DNA of 64,000 nucleotides, taken from contig OZ024740.1 of assembly GCA_964016885.1 (NCBI GenBank), positions 239,444,001-239,508,000 of the forward strand. The letters are read 5' to 3'. This document shows positions 28,409 to 40,386 of this stretch, piece by piece; position 1 is the stretch's first letter, and each line of letters starts with the position of its first letter. The notes beneath the pieces were generated by a model, which made no database searches, had not been told where the DNA came from, and saw nothing but the letters and a program-made list of their open reading frames with translations. A program made the translations under genes and the position numbers. The DNA comes from Eledone cirrhosa. Its lineage: Eukaryota.

Positions 28409-28660
28409 GTAGATAGAAAACATTCCTACACACGAAGATGTAGATGAGTATCTAGCCAAGATACCTATGTAATGGTAAACATTTGTGTGTGCGTGTATGT
28501 ATGTATGTATGTATGTATGTATATATATATATATATTCGTAGATAGAAAACATTCCTACACACGAAGATGTAGATGAGTATCTAGCCAAGATACCTATGT
28601 AATGGTAAACATTTGTGTGTGCGTGTATGTATGTATGTATGTATGTATGTATGTATGTAT
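28400..28660. repeat. Exact 130-bp-period direct duplication bounded by microsatellites
   Basis: TTCGTAGATAGAAAACATTCC...CATTTGTGTGTGCGTGTATG occurs at 28406 and again at 28536. Confidence 0.9.
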
Positions 28661-28717
28661 GTATGTATGTATGTATGTATGTATGTATGTACGTATGTAT
28701 GTATGTATCTATTTTAG

Positions 28718-28940
28718 GGCGGTGGGTTGGCAGTATCGATAGAGCATCGGACAACATGCTTTGTAGCATAGAGTTACGGCCCTTTGTGTAATGAGTTCAA
28801 ATCCCGCTGAGGTTAGCTTTGCCTTTCATCATTACAGGGTCGATGAACAAAAGAAACAGTAATACACTGAGGTCGATTTAATCGACTTTCCCCTCCCCTC
28901 AAAATGTCTGACCTTGTGCCTATAGTAGAAATCATTATTA
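28718..28940 (+). mobile_element. Family-1 SINE (longer variant) whose (TTA)n tail hosts Tx1 copy A
   Basis: A/B boxes are present and the copy ends CCTTGTGCCTATAGTAGAAATCATTATTATTT. Confidence 0.88.
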
Positions 28941-28953
28941 TTTTTATTATTAT

Positions 28954-31100
28954 TGGCGAGTTACTTGTGAAGACGTGATATTGTGAGATCCGAAAGGTTT
29001 TTGGTTTTAAGTTGTTTGAAATTGTTATTTGTAGAATATTTTTGTTGTCAAGTGTGACTAAGGCACTATATATTGCCTTCTGAAAAGAAGATCAAAAAGA
29101 TATTTGGACTTCGGCTCAGATATCGAAACTTTAAACAAAAATCTTTTCTTATAAACAAATAAACACCGGTTCAACATTCGGTCAAATGAACAGTCACTGT
29201 TCTACTACAGCAGTAACAGCAGCAAATGTGCTAAAGACAGTATTGCCAACAGAGCACGCTTATTTCGTGAATGTATATTTTCCGAAATTAACGCCTTCAC
29301 CACCATCAAAAGTACCACAAAATATCTTATCAAAGAAACCAAAAAGCAATACCACTCCTCCATCAGCGAGGCTATGTATGGTGTCATATTGTACAATTAG
29401 CGCAAAAATACGCCGGGTGGAGTGAGCATCGGAGTCCCAGATACAAACGGTTTTGGGACATGTATGGGTACAAAAAACTCACATCATGCGTGGAAGAAGA
29501 TATGGCACCGCGGGCGTTTTCTTTGCAACCCCATAGGAAGCTCACTCTGGTCACGAGCTACTGCAGACAAAGGCTCGTAAGAGTGCCAATACCCATGTTT
29601 CATCGAAGATGAGACCCAAATCTTGGAAATAATTAAAATAAAACAGGAAAACTGGTCCGGATCAGGAATGGAGCTCCTGATCCAAACGAACCAAAAGAAC
29701 ATCCAATAAATTTCAGAAGTAATAGACTTCGATGACGGCAACCACCTCATTATGACGTCGAGGGTAGAAGGCCAAGATGTCACGTGTGTGGGGACAAAAT
29801 AACCTAAAGGCCTTCTGCCCTCAGGAATTGTACGAGGTGGCGACGAGAGCAAAAATTAACCAGAAGTCAGTTAACCTGCAGCTCGGCACCTGGAGAGCAG
29901 GTTCATGCCGTCCAACAGCGTTGTCAGGTGCAGGACGGACGAACCGATTAAATTGCTAGAGGTCTACGTGGAGGCTAAACATACCATGGCTAATGATGCG
30001 GAAAATGCGCTAAGGCTATGGCTTCTCCAGCTCTCCCTTGAGGGTAAACAAGTGTGGTCACCATTTGCTAGACGCGCTTTTCTCCAGCTCGTTTCCTTGA
30101 CGGAGCTGCAGTCTTGGGTCAAGCGAAGACCGAGAGGAAGCGCTTGGAGACTGGAATGTCTTCAGGCGGTCACAGCCCTGTCAATCGGGCACTGTAATCG
30201 GTGGAAACTCCACCTTGGCGTTTTATAGAGGGTTAGTGGTGAGTAAGAGTGGCGACGTCCTAGGGGAGACTCTGGACGTCGACGAAAATCAACTAGCCCA
30301 GCTGTTCTAGAGAACTCTTGGGCCGGGGCCCATTGACAACTACCAGAAATCCTTGGCCTGGTAGTGCTACCGAGGAGCTTTGCCAGTTCGGGATAATCTC
30401 TACAGGCATGGAAGTGTCGTCAGCAGTACTTGTCCGAGATGCGCACAGAGCCACGAAAATGTCCTGCACGCACTCGTCCAGTGTCCGAGCATTGCTGACT
30501 TTTAGGTTTATGTCAAACACCTGATGTCGCATGTAGGACGGATCCAGTTATCAGCAGATTCCATCGTGAAGATTGCCCCGCCGGCTTCCTTTAGTCGGGA
30601 AGGACAGGCAGTGTTTATCCGCCTTGTGGCCATGGCAAAAGAGATTGTGTGATGGACACGTTTGAAAGGGCTGAAGACGAGCGCTTACCTCTTCGGTGAA
30701 GCCCTGATTAACTTTTTCAAATTTCATTTGAAAAGGAAAATCAGGGTGGAGAGAGAAGTGCTCCCTTCCAAGCAATTTGTTGAAAGATGGGTGAGAGAAG
30801 CAAACATAGCCCGAGTAAATGGTCCTGCTCTGAGTATGCGCCTGTAGATTGGAGGTGGAAAACAGGGGGAGGCACTTGCTCTCCTGGTGGTTATGGTCAC
30901 CATGGCATTTCTGTGGGCTTTCTCTACAAGTAATACTCGGAAGTCTCCCCACTATTGGGGAAGTTTCATTTTCTTTCCTTTGTTATTGCTTTTTTTTCTT
31001 TACACGCAGAAATGCCCATTTGTACCATCCTGTACTGTCCTGTCCTGTCCTCAATGTTATACTTTATGTCAACCCTTGTGGCTAATAAAGAAAGCATTAT
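28954..31100 (+). mobile_element. Tx1-type LINE copy A (old, with large internal deletions)
   Basis: ORF1 remnants lie at about 29400-29820 and ORF2 C-terminal remnants at 29830-30847 (KINQKSVNLQLGTW; LKTSAYLFGEALINFFKFHLKRKIRVE). The 3' UTR ends CCCTTGTGGCTAATAAAGAAAGCATTATT. Confidence 0.88.
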
Positions 31101-31529
31101 TCTTATTGAGTTTTGTAGCTTGCTTGAAGCATTGTTGAATAGGAAACACAAATTTAAATTTTGAAAACCAAAACAATGCGTTATGAAGAATGTTAAATTG
31201 CCAAGATAACAAAAGAATATTACCTTAGCAAATTTAATGATCCGAAATATTTTTGGGTTTAAAAACCCATTATGAAGGGAGTAACCCTATGAGAGACATA
31301 AAAATCGATCGGATAGACTTACTTGTTGGAGAGCAGATTTAAGTTAAATGAAATGAAAAGACGTTAAAATTTCAAACGCGCACGTTGTGAAATGTATGAT
31401 ATATGCATGATATATGCATGTGTGTGCATGAATGTTTGTATGCGTGTGATTGAATATAAGTTTATATAGTGAAAGATGTGTGCGAATATGTATATAATAA
31501 AATATGTTTGTGATATATGTATGTGTATG

Positions 31530-31712
31530 TATCGGTAGATCGTCGTACACCATGCTTCGTAGCATAGAGTTAAGGCTTTGCGTTCTGATTTCAAATCATT
31601 ATGGGTTCGATAAAATAAAGTACCAGTAATACAATGGTGTAGATTTAATCGACTTTCTCTTTCCTCCTAATTGTTAGCCTTGTGCCTAAATCAGAAACCA
31701 TTATTATTATTT
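31530..31712 (+). mobile_element. Diverged family-1 SINE with a (TTA)n tail at the left edge of the main array
   Basis: GATAAAATAAAGTACCAGTAAT...CCTTGTGCCTAAATCAGAAACCATTATTATTAT. Confidence 0.8.
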
Positions 31713-32808
31713 ACAATTATCTTAGTATATTGGCAGTTTCCATTAGTACTATCTTTTGTATTTCTCCTGGGATTTGCGATAAGTAATCATTAGACCCCTT
31801 AGGTATCATTCCCAGAGCGCCTACAACCACTGGTATTGTTTTAGTTCTCAATTTCCACATTTTTCCAATTTCTATCTCCAGGTCCTTATACTTGTCCAAT
31901 TTTTCAAATGTTTTTATAGATACATTCTTGTCTATTGGAACAGACATATCAATTAGCAGGCATACCCTCTTTTTAAAGTCCTTCAATATTATATCAGGTC
32001 TATTTGCATCTATTTTTCGGTCTGTTTGGATGCTAAAGTTCCACAAGATTGAGATGTGATCTTTTTCAAGTATGGGAGGTGGTTGATGCTCCCACTAATT
32101 CTTTTGATGGGGCAGGTCAAAATGCTTACACATTATCCAATATATGTATTGTGCAGCTCTGTCATGCCTGTTTAGGTATTCGGTTGGAGCTATAGGACTG
32201 CACATTGAAATTATATGGTCAATGGTCTCTGGTTGTTTTTTGCATACACGGCATAATGGGCTGCATCCATTTTTTATTATGTTGGCTTGGTAATTTTTTG
32301 TTGGCAGACACTGATCTTGGGCTGATATAATCAGTCCTTCAGTCTCCGATTTCAGTCCAGAGGATGCCAACCACTGATGGGTTAAAGTTTTGTCAACATC
32401 AGGGTTGTTAGCTCGCTCTGGGTATTTTCCATACAGAGGCTTTTCTTGCCATTTCTTAGCCAGTTTCTGTAGCAGTTCTTTCTTTGCAGTTACTTTTACC
32501 TGCTTTGTTTTTCTGTGTTTTCCATTTCAGCAGTAAATGGGACTTCTGAAATTTGTAGTCCATTACTGTATCTTTGTGCATCTTTTGTAATGGAGAATGA
32601 TCTTTTGATGCTTTCGTGTTTCAAAACGAGTTTGATCATCCAATCATGTGATTCCCTTAGATATGTAGATAATCCAATTGTTGCAGTTTTCAACGCAATG
32701 TCTAACTGGATTAACCCACGTCCTCCTTCTTTCCTAGGGAGATATATTCTATCTATATCTGCCTTAGGGTGATGCATTCCGTGCATGGTTAAGAATTTTC
32801 GAATTTTT

Positions 32809-32810
<2 letters not shown>
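31713..32810 (-). pseudogene. Second, diverged R4/Dong-like family; 5'-truncated and disrupted
   Basis: ORF pieces HPKADIDRIYLPRKEGGRGL, LKSETEGLIISAQDQ..CRVC..ETIDHIISMC..RHD and NRPDIILKD..K..KYKDL..PVVVGALG. TTA runs lie at both ends. Confidence 0.9.
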
Positions 32811-32873
<63 letters not shown>

Positions 32874-32881
32874 GTTGTTAT

Positions 32882-33973
32882 TCCTTGAATCTCAGTCATT
32901 GATGTTGGTTAACTGGAAAGTCCGTTGGATTGAATATCAAGCCACTACCTGCAGCCTCAGATATTCAGGACGTATCGGAGGGTTCTTGCTGTTCCAAGCA
33001 AGCATGCCTTTTGAAGCGTTCCAAAAAGCGTGAAGGGGCCGATTTTCTTTAACCATCCCTGGAAACTTTTGGAGATAGTCCCCAGTGCGCCTATGACAAT
33101 CGGGATCACTTTGACTTCATGGCAGTTCCAAATCCTTTTCACCTCCCACTTTAGGTCCTGGTATCGGTTAATTTTCTCCCTCTCCTTCTCTTGCACTCTC
33201 GTGTCGAACGGGCAGGCCACATCCACAATCAGACACGATCTTTTTTCTTTGTCCACAACCACCAGGTCAGGTCTATTGTGTTCCAGTTTTTTGTCCGTCT
33301 GTATCCTAAAATCCCACAGCACCTTCACCTGATTGTTCTCCATCACCGCCTCTGGCCTATGCTCATACCATTTCTCAGAATGTGGTAAATTGTTTACTTT
33401 GCACAGGTGCCAGTGGATCACCCTGCCCATCACATCGTGTCTCCAGCCCTTATAGTGGGTCTGGGCTAGGTGTTTACACTCGGACACAATGTGAGCCACA
33501 GTCTCCTCTCTCTCTCCACAGATCCTGCACAGTGGGCTAGCCTCCTCCTTGTAAATATGGTGCTTCAACCACTTCGTTTTGAGGGCCTGCTCCTGCGCAG
33601 CCATTAGCATTCCTTCTGTAGCCTTTTTGAGGTCTCCTCTTCTCAACCAGTTCCATGTCTGTGGATCTCTAAATTCAGTTTTCTCAAAGAAGGTACTATG
33701 AAGGGATTTTCCCTTAAGGCTGCTCTTCCTCCTTGATGTTATTTCCTCCTTGGACATCCCCTGGCCTACTGTCCCCTCCTTCAGTACAGCTCTGAGCATT
33801 GGCTCCTTACTATAGGTCACGTATTTGTATAGGTTGTTTTTCTCCATCTGAACACAGTCCTCTATGCTGATAAGACCTCTTCCACCCTCAGATCTCCTTA
33901 GGTAGAGTCTATCGACATCACTCCTCTTGTGGAACATGTTGTAGATAGTCAATAGCTTCCTAGTCTTCCTATC

Positions 33974-33977
<4 letters not shown>
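32882..33977 (-). mobile_element. Dong-like copy 1, 5'-truncated (~1.1 kb)
   Basis: Near-identical to the 3' 1.1 kb of the full copy. Bounded by (TTA)n at 32810-32882 and 33976-34037. Confidence 0.95.
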
Positions 33978-34022
<45 letters not shown>

Positions 34023-34036
34023 GTTGTTATTGTTAT

Positions 34037-35668
34037 TCCTTGAATCTCAGTCATTGATGTTGGTTAACTGGAAAGTCCGTTGGATTGAATATCAAGCCAC
34101 TACCTGCAGCCTCAGATATTCAGGACGTATCGGAGGGTTCTTGCCGTTCCAAGCAAGCATGCCTTTTGAAGCGTTCCAAAAAGCGTGAAGGGGCCGATTT
34201 TCTTTAACCATCCCTGGAAACCTTTGGAGATAGTCCCCAGTGCGCCTATGACAATCGGGATCACTTTGACTTCATGGCAGTTCCAAATCCTTTTCACCTC
34301 CCACTTTAGGTCCTGGTATCGGTTAATTTTCTCCCTCTCCTTCTCTTGCACTCTCGTGTCGAACGGGCAGGCCACATCCACAATCAGGCACGATCTTTTT
34401 TCTTTGTCCACAACCACTAGGTCAGGTCTATTGTGTTCCAGTTTTTTGTCCGTCTGTATCCTAAAATCCCACAGCACCTTCACCTGACTGTTCTCCATCA
34501 CCGCCTCTGGCCTATGCTCATACCATTTCTCAGAATGTGGTAGATTGTTTACTTTGCACAGGTGCCAGTGGATCACCCTGCCCATCACATCGTGTCTCCA
34601 ACCCTTATAGTGGGTCTGGGCTAGGTGTTTACACTCGGACACAATGTGGGCCACAGTCTCCTCTCTCTCTCCACAGATCCTGCACAGTGGGCTAGCCTCC
34701 TCCTTGTAGATATGGTGCTTCAACCACTTCGTTTTGAGGGCCTGCTCCTGCGCAGCCATTAGCATTCCTTCTGTAGCCTTTTTGAGGTCTCCTCTTCTCA
34801 ACCAGTTCCATGTCTGTGGATCTCTAAATTCAGTTTTCTCAAAGAAGGTACTATGAAGGGATTTTCCCTTCAGGCTGCTCTTCCTCCTTGATGTTATTTC
34901 CTCCTTGGATATCCCCTGGCCTACTGTCCCCTCCTTCAGTACAGCTCTGAGCATTGGCTCCTTACTATAGGTCACGTATTTGTATAGGTTGTTTTTCTCC
35001 ATCCGAACACAGTCCTCTATGCTGATACGACCTCTTCCACCCTCAGATCTCCTTAGGTAGAGTCTATCGACATCACTCCTCTTGTGGAACATGTTGTAGA
35101 TAGTCAATAGCTTCCTAGTCTTCCTATCCATTTCTTTTTGTTCAGCAACATTCCATCTTAGAATTCCCGCACTGTACCTAATAATAGACACAGCTCGGGA
35201 ATTTACTGCGCTTATGGCATTTCTGCTGTTCAGATGTGACTTCAATACGCTCCTTACTCTCCGAATGTATTCAGTTCTTAACAATTCCTTCATTTTTTTG
35301 TTCTTTATGCCATCAGCCTCCAGAACGCCCAAATACTTGTATCCTTCCTCAGAGTCAATTTATCCTTTATCATCTCACCTGTTGGTATCTGGATCCCGTT
35401 ACTTCTGCTCAACCTACCCCTCCTCATCACAATGACTCCACATTTACCAATACCAAACTGCATACATATATCACTGCTGAAAATACGGACAATCAGGCTG
35501 TATCTACAATCAGGCACGATCTTTTTTCCTTGTCCAAAACCACCAAGTCAGGCCTATTGTGTTCCAGTTATCCGTCTGTATCCTAAAATCCCATAGCAAC
35601 TTCACCTGATCGTTTTCTATCACCGAATCTGGCTTATGCTCATACCACTTCTCAAAATGTGGTAAATT
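34037..35668 (-). mobile_element. Dong-like copy 2, 5'-truncated, with a ~170-bp extra fragment of another subfamily at its 5' end
   Basis: ORF 34112..35332 matches the C-terminus of the full ORF. 35497-35668 is an out-of-place RLE-region fragment. Confidence 0.93.
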
Positions 35669-35776
35669 AATTATTATTATTATTATTATTGTTATTGTTA
35701 TTCCTTGAATCTCAGTCATTGATGTTGGTTAACTGGAAAGTCCGTTGGATTGAATATCAAGCCACTACCTGCAGCC

Positions 35777-38700
35777 TCAGATATTCAGGACGTATCGGAG
35801 GGTTCTTGCCGTTCCAAGCAAGCATGCCTTTTGAAGCGTTCCAAAAAGCGTGAAGGGGCCGATTTTCTTTAACCATCCCTGGAAACCTTTGGAGATAGTC
35901 CCCAGTGCGCCTATGACAATCGGGATCACTTTGACTTCATGGCAGTTCCAAATCCTTTTCACCTCCCACTTTAGGTCCTGGTATCGGTTAATTTTCTCCC
36001 TCTCCTTCTCTTGCACTCTCGTGTCGAACGGGCAGGCCACATCCACAATCAGGCACGATCTTTTTTCTTTGTCCACAACCACTAGGTCAGGTCTATTGTG
36101 TTCCAGTTTTTTGTCCGTCTGTATCCTAAAATCCCACAGCACCTTCACCTGACTGTTCTCCATCACCGCATCTGGCCTATGCTCATACCATTTCTCAGAA
36201 TGTGGTAGATTGTTTACTTTGCACAGGTGCCAGTGGATCACCCTGCCCATCACATCGTGTCTCCAGCCCTTATAGTGGGTCTGGGCTAGGTGTTTACACT
36301 CGGACACAATGTGAGCCACAGTCTCCTCTCTCTCTCCACAGATCCTGCACAGTGGGCTAGCCTCCTCCTTGTAGATATGGTGCTTCAACCACTTCGTTTT
36401 GAGGGCCTGCTCCTGCGCAGCCATTAGCATTCCTTCTGTAGCCTTTTTGAGGTCTCCTCTTCTCAACCAGTTCCATGTCTGTGGATCTCTAAATTCAGTT
36501 TTCTCAAAGAAGGTACTATGAAGGGATTTTCCCTTAAGGCTGCTCTTCCTCCTTGATGTTATTTCCTCCTTGGGTATCCCCTGGCCTACTGTCCCCTCCT
36601 TCAGTACAGCTCTGAGCATTGGCTCCTTACTATAGGTCACGTATTTGTATAGGTTGTTTTTCTCCATCTGAACACAGTCCTCTATGCTGATAAGACCTCT
36701 TCCACCCTCAGATCTCCTTAGGTAGAGTCTATCGACATCACTCCTCTTGTGGAACATGTTGTAGATAGTCAATAGCTTCCTAGTCTTCCTATCCATTTCT
36801 TTTTGTTCAGCAACATTCCATCTCAGAATTCCCGCACTGTACCTAATAATAGACACAGCTCGGGAATTTACTGCGCTTATGGCATTTCTGCTGTTCAGAT
36901 GTGACTTCAATACGCTCCTTACTCTCCGAATGTATTCAGTTCTTAACAATTCCTTCATTTTTTTGTTCTTTATGCCATCAGCCTCCAGAACGCCCAAATA
37001 CTTGTATCCTTCCTCAGAGTCAATTTCCTTTATCATCTCACCTGTTGGTATCTGGATCCCGTTACTTCTGCTCAACCTACCCCTCCTCATCACAATGACT
37101 CCACATTTACCAATACCAAACTGCATACATATATCACTGCTGAAAATACGGACAGTGTCAACAAGCACATCCAACTCCTTCTCACTTTTCCCGAAGAGCT
37201 TAAGATCGTCCATGAAGAGGAGGTGATTGATGGTAAGCTCTCCCCTTCCCAACTTGTATCCTGCTCTCACTTTTCGCAGCATAATGGTCAAGGGCATCAG
37301 GGCAAGGACAAACAACAGAGGGGACAGGCTATCTCCCTGGAAGATACCTCTCTTGATCTTCACGCTTCCCAAGGATACTCCAGTTGATGTCAACTCTGTC
37401 TCCCAGGACCCCATACTCCTGCCCAGCAACTGTCTGATGTTATCTGCCACCCTGAAGATCTCCAGGCTTTTGGTGATCCAGGAATGAGGCACCATGTCAA
37501 ATGCCTTTCTGTAGTCTATCCATCCCATGGCAAGATCAGTGTGTCTCCTCCCGCAATTCCCCATTACCATCTTATCAATAAGCAACTGGTCCTTTGTACC
37601 ACGTGACTTCTTTCGGCATCCTTTCTGTTCGTCCGGCAACAAGTTGTTTGTGTGGAGGTGATGGTAGATTTCCTCAGACACAATGCTCGTCAACAGTTTC
37701 CACATTACGGGCAGACATGTGATAGGTCTATAGTTGGTAACATCATTACCCTTGATTCGGTCTTTCATTATCAGAACTGTGGTACCTTTTGTCAACCACT
37801 CTGGCACCTCACCCGACACCAAGCAGTCATTGAACATGGCCGTCAGCTTCGGGTGGAGGGATGTTAAATGTTTAATCCAATACCCCTGCACACCATCTGG
37901 GCCTGGTGATTTCCAGTTGGTTAGTTTTTTGGCTTGCCCCTTAAGAGTTTCAACTGTGATACTCAAATCAGTCTGTTGCTGTGCCTGCTCACCGATCTCC
38001 CTCTGTACTGTCTCAATCCACCCTGCCTGGGCATTGTGTCTAACATCCTGCTCCCATATTCCTCTCCAGAATGTTTTAGCTTGTTCCGCCCCAGGGATCA
38101 AGTCGTTGCCTCTTTCTTTCCCCTCAAGCTGTCCAAACAGCATCTTCTGGTTGTTGTCGAACATGCGGTTCTGTTTATACTGACTGACTCTGTTCTCGTA
38201 TCGCCTGATTTTGGCACTCTTTGCTACAATGCGTTGCTTCAATTCCTCTATGATAATATTTAGCTTTTTACTCCTAGTTTTGTATTTTATTTCCAGTCTA
38301 TTTTTAGTGCCTATGTTTTTTAGTGTCCCATTCAGTAGTGACTCAAGCTTTCCTATGTCATTTCTCATTTCCTCGATTTGCCCACTCAGTCGCTTCTTCC
38401 ACCACGGCTCTGCTCTTTCTTGTCTGTTGTTTCCTCTCGCTTTTATACCAAGTAGTTTCCTCACCGTATTTGCTGTTGCTTTGAGGATATTGTTGCACTG
38501 GTGAAGACTCCTCGCCTCAAGGTATGGGATGACTTTGTTTACCTTAGCTGTTGTTTCTTTTAACTTTTTCCTGTCTACAAATCTTAGGTTCATAGGTCTC
38601 CCACTATCATTGTTCAACTCATCTACCACTAAATTTAGGATGTCAACCGAATCTTGTCCTAGCCCGTCAGCATTCATCTCCTCAGTGGCCGTATCTCTGT

Positions 38701-39169
38701 TCCAGGTATTATTTATCTCAGTATTCAGATCATTGTCTGCTTCGGGTGGTTCCTCCGTTCTCAGGACCTCCTCACCTTCATTTCCCGCCGGCTCGCTTGT
38801 CTGGCATACTACACCCGCCATCTCCAAGCCATTCTCTCTGCTCAGTTCCTCCAGTTCCAGCTCGCTTATCCACCCATTAGTTCTTATTACCCGAGCCTGC
38901 CCGGCCAATTTTTGTTCATCTAATTTAAATAAACCAATCTCGTTCCAGATGTTATGCATCCGTCTCCTGTAGCCCCTCTCCTTGGGGTTACTTTTCAGGT
39001 AGCATTGCATAACAGTTCTATTCAATTCTTTCGTCCAGTTGGTTCTGGCCCCTTTCCTTCTTCTTCTTCCTCCAACATCAGCAGTATTTGGTTGACAGTC
39101 AGGTTCCTGCTGCTGAGCCAGGGGGCACCTGTTGGGTGAGAGTCTGTCACATGACGTTCTAGTCTCCAT
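35777..39169 (-). CDS. Dong/R4-type polyprotein (1130 aa): N-terminal Myb-like region, RT, CCHC knuckle and restriction-like endonuclease
   Basis: N-terminal NWTKELN..CY..GYRRRMHNIW; RT motifs KSPGPDG, YRPITCL, WIDYRKAFD, GIFQGDSLSP and LFMDD; knuckle CRIC..ETVAHIVSEC; RLE motifs RHD..NRPDLVV..DVACP..EK..Y and PIVIGALG. Confidence 0.97.
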   Translation of the reverse strand: METRTSCDRLSPNRCPLAQQQEPDCQPNTADVGGRRRRKGARTNWTKELNRTVMQCYLKSNPKERGYRRRMHNIWNEIGLFKLDEQKLAGQARVIRTNGWISELELEELSRENGLEMAGVVCQTSEPAGNEGEEVLRTEEPPEADNDLNTEINNTWNRDTATEEMNADGLGQDSVDILNLVVDELNNDSGRPMNLRFVDRKKLKETTAKVNKVIPYLEARSLHQCNNILKATANTVRKLLGIKARGNNRQERAEPWWKKRLSGQIEEMRNDIGKLESLLNGTLKNIGTKNRLEIKYKTRSKKLNIIIEELKQRIVAKSAKIRRYENRVSQYKQNRMFDNNQKMLFGQLEGKERGNDLIPGAEQAKTFWRGIWEQDVRHNAQAGWIETVQREIGEQAQQQTDLSITVETLKGQAKKLTNWKSPGPDGVQGYWIKHLTSLHPKLTAMFNDCLVSGEVPEWLTKGTTVLIMKDRIKGNDVTNYRPITCLPVMWKLLTSIVSEEIYHHLHTNNLLPDEQKGCRKKSRGTKDQLLIDKMVMGNCGRRHTDLAMGWIDYRKAFDMVPHSWITKSLEIFRVADNIRQLLGRSMGSWETELTSTGVSLGSVKIKRGIFQGDSLSPLLFVLALMPLTIMLRKVRAGYKLGRGELTINHLLFMDDLKLFGKSEKELDVLVDTVRIFSSDICMQFGIGKCGVIVMRRGRLSRSNGIQIPTGEMIKEIDSEEGYKYLGVLEADGIKNKKMKELLRTEYIRRVRSVLKSHLNSRNAISAVNSRAVSIIRYSAGILRWNVAEQKEMDRKTRKLLTIYNMFHKRSDVDRLYLRRSEGGRGLISIEDCVQMEKNNLYKYVTYSKEPMLRAVLKEGTVGQGIPKEEITSRRKSSLKGKSLHSTFFEKTEFRDPQTWNWLRRGDLKKATEGMLMAAQEQALKTKWLKHHIYKEEASPLCRICGEREETVAHIVSECKHLAQTHYKGWRHDVMGRVIHWHLCKVNNLPHSEKWYEHRPDAVMENSQVKVLWDFRIQTDKKLEHNRPDLVVVDKEKRSCLIVDVACPFDTRVQEKEREKINRYQDLKWEVKRIWNCHEVKVIPIVIGALGTISKGFQGWLKKIGPFTLFGTLQKACLLGTARTLRYVLNI

Positions 39170-39742
39170 TTCACCGTTATTCGAACTGTTTATGTTCGAT
39201 ATTTAAACACTCTTATCGAGGATTGGCGAATGTATGTTTACATAGCCATCTGTGGATCCGCCATCCCACTTGGCCCTTGTGTGGCATTATCACCACGCTG
39301 TATACGGACACACATAAACAAACAAACACACGGGCAGAAAGGGCCCCAAAAATGAATAAGCATAAGTTTCATTGTAATGTAGTATTCGAATGTCTGACTT
39401 AGTTTTTGTTTTTTAAGTTTTACTTTTTCCCCCCTCTTCTCTGTCCGTCCGCCTGCTTCTCTCTTCATTCTTATTTTCTTTACGTTTTTGGGGTGTCTTT
39501 TTTTGTTTTTGTTTTTCTCTGTTTGTTTTTCTCGTTTTTTGCTGTTGTTGCTGTGCTGCTTTTGTTGTTTGTTTTTTCTTTTTTCTTTTGAGTCTATCTA
39601 TATATTTTGATGCCTTCCTCTTTGTTAGTAGTAGGAATTCTATAATGTGGAAGTGGCAGCCAGCAGAGACTGGCGGCGTTGGCGATACTGAGACAGTGGT
39701 GGTGGTGATGTCGATACCGAGGCAGTGGTGGCGGTGATGCGA

Positions 39743-40386
39743 CCGTATTACTGTAGTGATGGTGCTGTAGCGGTGGCAGCAGCAGTGAAGGAGTCAAGGG
39801 GTGGTGGCGGCGGTGATGGGATAGTGGTGGTAATGATGGCCGTAGTGAGCGGTGGCGGTGAAGGTGAAAATGCTGTTGTGTTTAGTGTACACAGATGATG
39901 GGGTGGGTGGTGTATCTAGTTTCTGGTGTTGGTGAGTTTCGCTGTCCTATATAGTGTAGCCAGAGGAGAGGAGGGGGGGGGGGGGTTCTTCTTCTTCCAT
40001 TTATAGCCATTTTATTTTTTTTGGATATACAGTGTACAATACAAAGTTGAATATTTGAATATTTGAGCCGTATTACTGTAGTGATGGTGCTGTAGCGGTG
40101 GCAGCAGCAGTGAAGGAGTCAAGGGGTGGTGGCGGCGGTGATGGGATAGTGGTGGTAATGATGGCCGTAGTGAGCGGTGGCGGTGAAGGTGAAAATGCTG
40201 TTGTGTTTAGTGTACACAGATGATGGGGTGGGTGGTGTATCTAGTTTCTGGTGTTGGTGAGTTTAGCTGTCCTATATAGTGTAGCCAGAGGAGAGGGGGG
40301 GGGGGGTTCTTCTTCTTCCATTTATAGCCATTTTTTTTTGGATATACAGTGTACAATACAAAGTTGAATATTTGAATATTTGAGCC
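39743..40386. repeat. Tandem duplication of two ~320-bp units
   Basis: CCGTATTACTGTAGTGATGG...GAATATTTGAGCC occurs at 39743 and 40068. The units differ mostly in homopolymer lengths. Confidence 0.92.

Noticed and set aside
28400-28660. Exact 130-bp duplication as a functional unit
   Set aside because: It is bounded by microsatellites, so slippage, unequal exchange or an assembly artefact suffices to explain it.
32957-34054. 365-aa ORF with an N-terminal poly-Ile stretch resembling a signal or transmembrane segment
   Set aside because: It is an artefactual fusion of an ATG in the neighbouring copy's 3' UTR, the (ATA)n tract and a truncated Dong ORF.
39170-39320. Possible HDV-like ribozyme upstream of the Dong ORF
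   Set aside because: Only short hairpins are visible and no double pseudoknot was found by eye. A covariance-model search is needed.
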